A DNA stretch of 64,000 bases from Candidatus Nanopelagicales bacterium. Lineage in GTDB: Bacteria; Actinomycetota; Actinomycetes; JAHEKZ01. Positions 40,512-48,257 of the stretch are shown one piece after another. The stretch's first letter is position 1. Each line of letters begins with the position of its first letter. Made by a program: the position numbers and the translations under genes. The stretch lies in the NCBI GenBank assembly GCA_038316135.1, contig JBBQAL010000003.1:926-64925 (forward strand), written 5' to 3'. Below the pieces are notes generated by a model, which was not told where the DNA came from, ran no database searches, and saw nothing but the letters and a program-made list of their open reading frames with translations.

Positions 40512-40777
40512 CCGCTGGCTGCTGCAACCGTTGCCCAGACGACGACCGCCGTGACCCCGATGGCGATTGGAACCGCAACCGCAGCGGAGAGGCCGCCGCG
40601 ACGGTGGATAGCCCCGACGCGAACTCGGACAGACCTGGCTAGGCGCGAGACGCCGACCACACCGATCTCGCGGATCTCGCGGATCGGGGCGATGCCCAAG
40701 GTGCCACTCATGCTCGACCCTTCACCTGCGGCTGGACTGGAGAGAACTGGAGAGGAGATTGCTGGCCCTGATGGCCT

Positions 40778-40860
40778 GGTCTTCCTCCGCTCCAACGTCG
40801 GGGCCCGGCACCGGGGAAGGTGCGCCAGGAACAGTCCGGAGGAAAGAGCGGCGGAAGACC
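40778..40860 (-). ncRNA. Candidate structured RNA element in the mraZ-rsmH spacer
   Basis: GGTCTTCCTCCGCTCC (40778-40793) pairs with AGAGCGGCGGAAGACC (40845-40860) as 8+6 bp around one mismatch, enclosing a GC-rich inner hairpin. Starts 21 nt after the mraZ stop. Confidence 0.35.
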
Positions 40861-40880
40861 ACACCACAGGGACGTCGGGA

Positions 40881-41309
40881 TCAGATTCCGGGCAGCACCT
40901 CCTCGCTGAGGTCGGCGTAGGCACCTTCGCTGGGCCCGAGGTAGTCGGTCCAACGGGCGAAGTCCCAGATCTCGACACGGGCACCCGCACCGATCACGAC
41001 GCACTCCTTGGTCAATCCCGCGTACTCACGCAGCGTCGGTGGAATCGTGATGCGGCCCTGGCGGTCGGGGAGCTCGTCCGAAGCTCCGGAGAGCAGGACG
41101 CGGACATAGTCGCGGGCGCTCTTGCTCGACAGCGGCGCGCTGTCAAAGCGCCGGGCGTACTCAAAGAAGTCCTCACGCGGGAAGACGAAGAGCGAGTGCT
41201 CCTGGCCCTTGGTGATCACCAGGCCGCCCTGGAGCGGCTCGCGGAACTTGGCCGGCAGGAAGAGGCGTCCCTTGTCGTCGAGCTTGGGGTAGTGCGTGCC
41301 CAAGAACAC
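40881..41309 (-). CDS. mraZ: Transcriptional regulator MraZ
   Basis: (M)[22 protein letters not shown]... and a second SpoVT/AbrB-like half ([18 protein letters not shown]). GTG start with a GGGGAGG Shine-Dalgarno. Confidence 0.93.
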   Translation of the reverse strand: MFLGTHYPKLDDKGRLFLPAKFREPLQGGLVITKGQEHSLFVFPREDFFEYARRFDSAPLSSKSARDYVRVLLSGASDELPDRQGRITIPPTLREYAGLTKECVVIGAGARVEIWDFARWTDYLGPSEGAYADLSEEVLPGI

Positions 41310-41352
41310 TGGCGCCGCCTCCCCTCTCCGCTCGCATCTACTCCGCTCTCAC

Positions 41353-41392
41353 CCACGATGCGCCACCCTACTCCACTTTTCCCCACCGTCAA
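41353..41392 (-). promoter_or_regulatory. Putative dcw promoter (TTGACG-16 nt-TAGGGT) overlapped by four GTGG direct repeats at exact 10-bp phasing (MraZ-box-like)
   Basis: Minus strand reads TTGACG GTGGGGAAAA GTGGAGTAGG GTGGCGCATC GTGGGT. On the plus strand CCAC occurs at 41353, 41363, 41373 and 41383. The array ends about 45 nt upstream of the mraZ start. Confidence 0.55.
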
Positions 41393-41529
41393 TCATATCG
41401 AAGCCACATGGCTCTCACTTTAGAGATAAACCTGCAGATCATCGCTGTGGGGTGAAGTGGGGGGTCATGTTCCGGCAGCCGGCAACCTCCTTGCGGTTTA
41501 CGCTGGAGCCACTGACCCGCGGTGTCCCG

Positions 41530-42585
41530 ATGCGTTCACCACCCACCCACAGGAGGCCCGGTGCCCCACCCCGCTCCCCTGGACGTGCCGTGACGGCGGT
41601 CGACGGCTCATCGCCATCGCCAACCGAAAGTGCCGGACCTGCCGCAGCTTCGGCCGTCTCAGCACGTGGCGCCCAGATCGGCGAGGCCGTTGCCGGCGTC
41701 ATTGAGGGCAAGCCGGACGCCATTCGCCTTGCCTTGATCACGTTGTTGGCCGAAGGTCATCTGCTCATCGAGGACGTGCCGGGCGTCGGCAAGACCATGC
41801 TTGCCAAATCGCTGGCCCGAGCCCTCGACTGCACGGTGCGCCGCATCCAGTTCACGCCCGACTTACTGCCCAGTGACATCACCGGGGTCAGCGTCTTCAA
41901 CCAGGAGACCCGCGACTTCGAGTTCCGACCGGGAGCTGTCTTCGCCAATGTCGTGATCGGCGACGAGATCAATCGCGCATCGCCGAAGACACAATCGGCA
42001 CTCCTCGAGGCCATGGAGGAGCAGCAGGTCACCGTCGACGGTGCGACCTACCCGCTCGCGACACCCTTCATGGTGGTGGCCACCCAGAACCCCATTGAAA
42101 TGGAAGGGACGTACCCGCTGCCGGAGGCTCAGCGCGACCGCTTCATGGCCCGGCTCTCGATGGGGTATCCCGAACGAGCAGCCGAAATGGACATGCTCAA
42201 GGCTCACGCTTCAGGACGCCCGCTCGATGCGGTCTCGCCCGTCGCCACGGCATCGGACGTCGCTGCGCTGATCGAGCAGGTTCGCCGATTGCACGTCAGT
42301 ACCGAGGTACACCGATATGCGGTCGACCTCGTCGTCGCCTCGCGACACCACCCAGACCTCCGACTGGGGGCATCACCGCGGGCTACCCTCCAACTGATCA
42401 GAGCCGCGAAGGCATCGGCCGCTCTCGACGACCGTGACTACGTCATTCCTGACGACGTGCGCTCGCTCGCGGTCCCGGTGATGGCGCACCGACTGCTGCT
42501 CACCGCCGAGGCGCAGATTGCCCGGCGGACCAGCATCTCGGTGGTCGAGTCGTTGGTCGACAGCACGGCGATCCCGGCCGGTTGA
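41530..42585 (+). CDS. MoxR-family AAA+ ATPase
   Basis: GHLLIEDVPGVGKTMLAKSLA (Walker A), VIGDEINRASP (Walker B) and VVATQNP motifs. Start uncertain; in-frame alternatives are ATG 41467 and GTG 41590. Confidence 0.88.
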   Translation: MRSPPTHRRPGAPPRSPGRAVTAVDGSSPSPTESAGPAAASAVSARGAQIGEAVAGVIEGKPDAIRLALITLLAEGHLLIEDVPGVGKTMLAKSLARALDCTVRRIQFTPDLLPSDITGVSVFNQETRDFEFRPGAVFANVVIGDEINRASPKTQSALLEAMEEQQVTVDGATYPLATPFMVVATQNPIEMEGTYPLPEAQRDRFMARLSMGYPERAAEMDMLKAHASGRPLDAVSPVATASDVAALIEQVRRLHVSTEVHRYAVDLVVASRHHPDLRLGASPRATLQLIRAAKASAALDDRDYVIPDDVRSLAVPVMAHRLLLTAEAQIARRTSISVVESLVDSTAIPAG

Positions 42586-42586
42586 C

Positions 42587-43870
42587 GTGCGCGCTGCTCT
42601 GGCGGGACTGACGCCCCGAGGCCGGGCTTTGTTGGCGGCCGGATTGACAGCTTTCGTGCTCGCAGCAATGCTCGACCAGCGGGATATCATGCGCGTTGGT
42701 CTGCTAGCGAGCTCACTCCCGTTGTTGGCAGCAGCCAGCGTGGCTCGCACTCGCTTCCGGCTGGCCTCGGATCGAGTCGTCGAACCTGCGCGGACCCCCG
42801 CAGGAGAGTCGGCGGCTGTCACCGTGCGGCTGGAGAATGTGGCACACCTGCCCACTGGCTTGCTCATGGTGGAGGACACCGTTCCACCCGCGCTCGGACC
42901 ACGACCTCGATTCGTCCTCGACCGACTGGCCCCGCTCAGCGTCCGTTCGGTCACCTACACCGTGCACGCAGACCGACGGGGGCGCTACCCCATTGGTCCG
43001 CTGTCGGTACGTCTCACCGACCCCTTTGGCTTCTGCCAGTTGGATCGGTCGTTCAGCGGACAACGTCACCTCTTAGTCACTCCGGGCGTCGAACCGCTCC
43101 CTTCCGTCCCGCTCTCCGGTGACTGGTCAGGAACAGGTGAGAGCAGAGCAAGGTCGATTTCCGCGGCCGGCGAGGACGACGTCGCCGTCCGCGAATACCG
43201 ACACGGCGACGAGCTGCGCCGAGTGCACTGGCGTGCGACGGCCCGGTCTGGATCACTCATGGTTCGCCGCGAGGAACAACCGTGGGAGAGCCGGGCCACG
43301 GTGATCCTCGATGATCGACAGAACGCTCACGTCGGCGAGTCACTCTCAGGGTCATTTGAACGCGCCGTTGGCGCCGCTGCGTCGATCGGCCTGCACCTGT
43401 CGCACCGTGGCTACGCCATCAGGTTGATCGCTGATGGTCATGAACTCACTACCAAGAGCGCCGTCGACGACGCCGCCAGCAGCGACCCGACCGGGATGCT
43501 GCTGGACGCCTTGGCCGTTGCTGAGCCGTCACGTTCTGCCAGCATTTACTCGCTCACCTCTTCGGTTCGGCACGGAAGCGACGGGCTCGTCGTGATGGTT
43601 TTGGGCTCACTTACCGTCGCGGAAGCCGACCAACTTGCCCGAGCCCGGCACGGCATGGGCACCACGGTCGCCGTGGCGCTGGATACCGAATCGTGGAGTG
43701 AACGTTCGGCGTCCTCGGCCACGTCCGATGCATGGGCGCTCTTGCGAGCAGGCGGCTGGTCCGTCGTGCCGCTGCGCCGCGGCGAGCTTCTCTCCGACGT
43801 CTGGTCGCACCTGGGCTTCTCCGGAGGGTTCTCCGGGTCGGCAACGGTTTCCTCGGAAGTGCCCGCATGA
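42587..43870 (+). CDS. DUF58 domain protein (vWA-like MoxR partner)
   Basis: N-terminal 2 TM helices and the core VREYRHGDELRRVHWRATAR. GTG start 1 nt after the MoxR stop. Confidence 0.85.
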   Translation: MRAALAGLTPRGRALLAAGLTAFVLAAMLDQRDIMRVGLLASSLPLLAAASVARTRFRLASDRVVEPARTPAGESAAVTVRLENVAHLPTGLLMVEDTVPPALGPRPRFVLDRLAPLSVRSVTYTVHADRRGRYPIGPLSVRLTDPFGFCQLDRSFSGQRHLLVTPGVEPLPSVPLSGDWSGTGESRARSISAAGEDDVAVREYRHGDELRRVHWRATARSGSLMVRREEQPWESRATVILDDRQNAHVGESLSGSFERAVGAAASIGLHLSHRGYAIRLIADGHELTTKSAVDDAASSDPTGMLLDALAVAEPSRSASIYSLTSSVRHGSDGLVVMVLGSLTVAEADQLARARHGMGTTVAVALDTESWSERSASSATSDAWALLRAGGWSVVPLRRGELLSDVWSHLGFSGGFSGSATVSSEVPA

Positions 43871-46305
43871 CCGCGCGACGCTTGTTGATCCAGCAGTTGC
43901 GTCCGACTCTGGCCGCAGCCGGCGCAGTTGTCCTCACGATGCTGGCGCTGGCGCCGACGCTTACCGGCGGTCCTTGGTTCGTGAAGTCCTTGATGGCGGT
44001 TGCAACCGTGGCGGTGATCGGAGCAGTTGGTCGGGCACTTTCGGTCCCGGCTTGGGCCGTCATTGCGACACAAGGTGTCGGTCTGCTGCTGCTGCTCACA
44101 CAGCTCTTTGCAGGCGACGCTGCTCGCTTCGGCATCCTTCCGGACGCAGATGTCATGAGCGCATTCACTGACCTTGCCAGGGACGGCAACGTCGTTATTA
44201 CCGAGGAGATTGCCCCAGTCACGGCAACAGCCGGGATTCAGTTCCTCGTGGTTGGCGGGGTGGGGTTGGTCGCTTGGGTCGTTGACGCCATCGCGGTCAG
44301 CGGCCGGCGAGCGGCGCTTGCTGGCATTCCACTGCTCGCGCTCTATCTGGTTCCAGCGACCGTGCTTCCCGACGGTGTCCCCTGGGAGTGGTTCCTGGCA
44401 GCGGGTGTCGGCTGGCTGATCCTTCTCCTCGAAGACGGGCGGGTCGAACTCAGTCGATGGGGAAAGTCCATCGACGGCGGCACCGACAACAAGGTGCACG
44501 CAATCGGCGGAACCGGGCGAAGGCTCGGGGCCGCGGCCTTGGCCGTCGCCATCGTGGTCCCCGTCATCCTTCCCAGCCTCGGTGACGGCAGGTTTGGGGG
44601 CGGCTCTGCCTCCGACCAAAATGGAAGCGGTGGTGTCGGCGGTTCGTCGGCCAGCGCAACCACAGTCGTCACCATCAATCCAATCACCGACCTCCAGCGC
44701 AACCTCACTCAGCAGGACGACAGCCCTGTTCTCTTCTACACAACCGATGCCCAGACACCTCAGTACCTCCGGATCGCCACCCTTGACCAGTTCGACGGCA
44801 CCACTTGGACTCTCGAGGAAATGGCGGCAAGCAGCGACCAGCAGGCATCGAGTGGTTTACCCGACCCGCCTGGGCTCTCCGAACAGATTGCGCGCTCGAC
44901 CGTCAACTACGACATCACGGTTGGCGCTCTCGACACTCCTCGCTTGCCCCTCCCCTACCCGGTCTCCAAGGTCGACATCACCGGCGACTGGCGTTGGGAT
45001 CAGCAGACCTTCGATGTCTTCAGCGCCGAAGAAACGGGCTCGGCATTTTCGCAGCAGTACACCGCGACGGCCCTGGAGATCAGCCCAACCGCCGAACAGC
45101 TGCAAGCCGCACCGGAGGCCGACCCGTCGGTCGACAACGCGCTCTACCAGTGGCTCGACATCCCCAACCCGGTCAGCGAGCGGCTCAGCCCACTGGCCAG
45201 GACCGTCACCGCAGATGCGAAGACGGAGTACGACCGAGCTCTGGCCCTCCAGAACTGGTTCCGCACCGACTTCACCTACAGCCTCGACACGGTGGAGGGC
45301 AACGCCACAGGAGCACTGGACGACTTCCTGCGGGATCGCAGCGGATACTGCGAGCAGTTCGCTGCCACGATGGCACTGATGGCTCGCACGCTCGGTATTC
45401 CGTCCCGGGTTCAGGTCGGCTTCACGCCAGGGGAGCAGCAAGAGGGCACCTGGGTGGTCACCGTGCATGACGCCCATGCGTGGCCCGAACTGTGGTTTGA
45501 CGGCGTCGGATGGGTCCGGTTCGAGCCAACCCCGGGGGGCGGCGACGGCTCCGCGGTTCCCGGCTACGCCCCAGCGCCGCAGAGCCCCACCGCTCCCAAC
45601 TCCGGCAAGCCGGGCAACGGGCAAAACCCCACCGCCGTTCTTCGCCGTGGGGGCGGCCCGATCGGCCAGCGCGGCGGACGTCCACCAGATCTCGCGGAGG
45701 TCCTTCGGGCGAACCGAAGCGGTCAAGGAACAGGTTCAGGCACTGGGGCAAGTGAAGACCAGCAGGGGAATGGTTCAACGCTGCTTCTTTGGCTGCTGCT
45801 CGTGGTAGCAGCTGGGGCAGCAGCGTCCGCCCCCAGGGTCGCGTCAGTGGTGGTCCGTCGAGCACGATGGAGCCGCGCCGACTCGCAAACTCTCGCGATC
45901 GGCGCAGCTTGGGCTGACGTACTTGATGCTGCGACCGACGTCGACCTACGCCCAAGGCCGACTGAGACATCGCGCGATCTTGCCGAACGCTTGCCGGCCC
46001 GCGGCGGCCTCAACGCCACCCGACAAGCGCAGCTGCGTCAGCTGGCAAGTTGGGTCGAGCTGTTGCGCTACCGCGGCGCCGTTAACACCACGCTGACCGC
46101 CGGAGAGATCAAGCAGCAAGCTGAGGACATCCGTCATGATTTCTATGCGGCGATTTCGCCTCGCGACCGACGCCACGCCACCTGGTGGCCGGCCTCTGGC
46201 CGCATCGCGCTTGCTAACGGGTGGAACACCGTCAGCGACCGAACTGCCGACAGGTGGCAGCGGTGGACGACACGCAAGCCACGACGCGAAGCTCCGACGG
46301 GGTAG
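43867..46305 (+). CDS. Transglutaminase-domain membrane protein (TgpA-like)
   Basis: ATGA overlap with the DUF58 stop. Multi-TM N-terminus, transglutaminase core GYCEQFAATMALMAR...HAWPELW, and a C-terminal TM helix. Confidence 0.85.
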   Translation: MTARRLLIQQLRPTLAAAGAVVLTMLALAPTLTGGPWFVKSLMAVATVAVIGAVGRALSVPAWAVIATQGVGLLLLLTQLFAGDAARFGILPDADVMSAFTDLARDGNVVITEEIAPVTATAGIQFLVVGGVGLVAWVVDAIAVSGRRAALAGIPLLALYLVPATVLPDGVPWEWFLAAGVGWLILLLEDGRVELSRWGKSIDGGTDNKVHAIGGTGRRLGAAALAVAIVVPVILPSLGDGRFGGGSASDQNGSGGVGGSSASATTVVTINPITDLQRNLTQQDDSPVLFYTTDAQTPQYLRIATLDQFDGTTWTLEEMAASSDQQASSGLPDPPGLSEQIARSTVNYDITVGALDTPRLPLPYPVSKVDITGDWRWDQQTFDVFSAEETGSAFSQQYTATALEISPTAEQLQAAPEADPSVDNALYQWLDIPNPVSERLSPLARTVTADAKTEYDRALALQNWFRTDFTYSLDTVEGNATGALDDFLRDRSGYCEQFAATMALMARTLGIPSRVQVGFTPGEQQEGTWVVTVHDAHAWPELWFDGVGWVRFEPTPGGGDGSAVPGYAPAPQSPTAPNSGKPGNGQNPTAVLRRGGGPIGQRGGRPPDLAEVLRANRSGQGTGSGTGASEDQQGNGSTLLLWLLLVVAAGAAASAPRVASVVVRRARWSRADSQTLAIGAAWADVLDAATDVDLRPRPTETSRDLAERLPARGGLNATRQAQLRQLASWVELLRYRGAVNTTLTAGEIKQQAEDIRHDFYAAISPRDRRHATWWPASGRIALANGWNTVSDRTADRWQRWTTRKPRREAPTG

Positions 46306-46306
46306 C

Positions 46307-46330
46307 GAACTGTTGAACTGTTGAACTGTG
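46307..46330. repeat. 8-nt tandem repeat x3 (GAACTGTT GAACTGTT GAACTGTG)
   Basis: Read directly. Starts 2 nt after the transglutaminase gene's TAG stop, in a 31-nt convergent spacer. Confidence 0.9.
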
Positions 46331-46336
46331 GCGCTT

Positions 46337-46714
46337 TTACCGGTCGCCGTCGCGACGGCGCTCCCAGCGCTCTTCAATACGACTCATGAAGCCTGAACGT
46401 TGACTGCCCTTTGCAGGCTGCTGCTGCGTTGGCGCTGAGGCCGACGGTCCGCTTTGCCAGCCAGAACTCGCCCACCAGCCTCCGGCCAACATCACCAAGA
46501 AGCCAGCGACACCCAGCAGCCAGAGTTGGGAGGCAACTCCGGCGACCAGCAGGGCAAGCCCCCCTACGACAACGAGCACGCCGAGCAGCAGCCGATGACG
46601 CGATCGCAGTGATCGACCACTTCCGCGCAGCGTCGATGCCAACTTGGGGTCGTCGGCGTAGAGCTGACGCTCCATCTGCTCGAGCAGGCGTTGCTCGTGC
46701 TCTGAGAGCGGCAT
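46337..46714 (-). CDS. DUF3040 family membrane protein
   Basis: MPLSEHEQRLLEQMERQLYADDPKLAS followed by 2 TM helices. Strong GAGGAGGAGG Shine-Dalgarno. Confidence 0.8.
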   Translation of the reverse strand: MPLSEHEQRLLEQMERQLYADDPKLASTLRGSGRSLRSRHRLLLGVLVVVGGLALLVAGVASQLWLLGVAGFLVMLAGGWWASSGWQSGPSASAPTQQQPAKGSQRSGFMSRIEERWERRRDGDR

Positions 46715-46901
46715 GGCCTCCTCCTCGCTGAGCTACTGCACGTGACCCCGAGGCCCCCGGGGACGAGGGAATCGAGGCTTCCCTCCCCACCAGGATAGGT
46801 CCCCTGAGGCGAGGGCGAAACTCCACCGGCAAATCGCCGGCAAACTGTCACCGATTCTTCATCGGCACAGCCCTTGGGCGTCTGGAGTTCGACCTACATT
46901 T

Positions 46902-48143
46902 TCACGGGTCTGGCGAGTCGACCAGGCTGGCTGGTCGGACGGCACCGCGGCCAAACCGGTCGGCAGCCCGGTCGGAGGCCCGCTCGGCCTCGCGCCAGGC
47001 CTCCGGACGCTCATCGAAGGTCAGTTGGTGGGCAACGGCCGACCCGTCGACGAGCCCCTCAACCCGGACACCCACCAGGCGCAGCCGGGCGCGGTCGAGG
47101 CCCAATGCATCGAAAAGGGCAACGGCTGTTGCGTAGATGTCGCGGGCGACGTCGGTCGGATGCGCCAGAGTGCGCGAGCGGGTGATCGTCGCGAAGTCGG
47201 CGAACCGCACTCTGAGCGCAATGGTCCGGCCGGCGAGCTCGCGGCTGCGCAACTGCTGAGCCACCGTCTGCGAGAGCGCTAGCAGCTCGCGATAGACCAC
47301 CTCGACATCGTCGACGTCGGTCTCGAACGTGCGGTCTCTGCTGAGGCTCTTCTCCTGGGTGTCAACGATGACGGTTCGCTCATCGCGTCCCCATGCCAGC
47401 TCCCACAGATGACGGCCGGCCGCCGAGCCGATCGCGCGTTCGAGGGTTCCAACAGGGGTGTTCGCAAGATCTGCGACCGTGCGCAGACCAAGGCGGTGCA
47501 AGGCCTCTTCGGTCTTGTCGCCCACTCCCCACAGCGCCCCGATCTGGAGCGGGTGGAGGAAGTCGATGATGTGGTCGGCGGGGACGACGAGCAGACCATC
47601 GGGTTTGCACAGCCCGGAAGCGAGCTTGGCGACGAACTTGGTGGAGGCTACTCCGACCGAACAGGTGATGCCCTGCTCGTCCTGGACCTTGGTACGGATC
47701 AGCTCACCTATCTCCGCGGGCGAACCGAGCCGGCGGGTGGCGCCCCGGACGTCGAGGAAGGCCTCATCGAGGCTGAGCGGCTCGACTGCAGGGGTGATCG
47801 ATCCGAAGATCGCCATGACGCCAGACGAGATACGCGCGTAGTCCTCGTGGTGAGGGGCGAGGAAGGTGGCACTCGGACAGAGCCGACGGGCGCGTGACGT
47901 TGGCATCGCTGAGTGGACGCCGAGCGCTCGGGCTTCGTAAGTGGCCGACAGAACGACGCCCCTGGTACCTCCACCGGCGACGACAACAGGGGTACCGACG
48001 AGCTCGGGATGACGGAGGAGCTCGACCGAGGCATAGAACGCATCCATGTCGACATGGAGGACCTCGCAGCCGGTGTCGTCGGCAACCTCGCCACCGGTCC
48101 GAGACGATCCTGAGGACCCGCGACCGAGCTGCTGTCTGCTCAC
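46902..48143 (-). CDS. dinB: DNA polymerase IV (Y-family, DinB) with intact catalytic residues
   Basis: VLHVDMDAFYASVE, SLDEAFLDV, and the little-finger region. GTG start; the exact start is uncertain. Confidence 0.92.
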   Translation of the reverse strand: MSRQQLGRGSSGSSRTGGEVADDTGCEVLHVDMDAFYASVELLRHPELVGTPVVVAGGGTRGVVLSATYEARALGVHSAMPTSRARRLCPSATFLAPHHEDYARISSGVMAIFGSITPAVEPLSLDEAFLDVRGATRRLGSPAEIGELIRTKVQDEQGITCSVGVASTKFVAKLASGLCKPDGLLVVPADHIIDFLHPLQIGALWGVGDKTEEALHRLGLRTVADLANTPVGTLERAIGSAAGRHLWELAWGRDERTVIVDTQEKSLSRDRTFETDVDDVEVVYRELLALSQTVAQQLRSRELAGRTIALRVRFADFATITRSRTLAHPTDVARDIYATAVALFDALGLDRARLRLVGVRVEGLVDGSAVAHQLTFDERPEAWREAERASDRAADRFGRGAVRPASLVDSPDP

Positions 48144-48158
48144 CGCCGACCCACCCCT

Positions 48159-48214
48159 CCCACATTGCGGTAGTTGAGTGAGGCCATGGCGTCACTGAAG
48201 TACCGCAATGTGGG
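48159..48214 (-). terminator. 56-nt near-perfect palindrome (terminator or operator candidate) between dnaE2 and dinB
   Basis: CCCACATTGCGGTA (48159-48172) is the perfect reverse complement of TACCGCAATGTGGG (48201-48214). The inner 28 nt are also palindromic around CCATGG apart from symmetric G:G mismatches. No U-tract. Confidence 0.4.
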
Positions 48215-48257
48215 CTGTCGCGGACCGGTCACCGGGTCATTCTCTCGCAGGTCTCGC

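Noticed and set aside
43546-44619. 357-aa minus-strand ORF
   Set aside because: It is antisense to the DUF58/transglutaminase junction, which has an ATGA coupling and clear motifs. No recognisable domain.
46886-46900. GTTCGA half-site resembling half of an SOS box near the dinB 3' end
   Set aside because: Only one half-site is present, with no TCGAAC partner at N4 spacing. It lies downstream of dinB rather than in a promoter.
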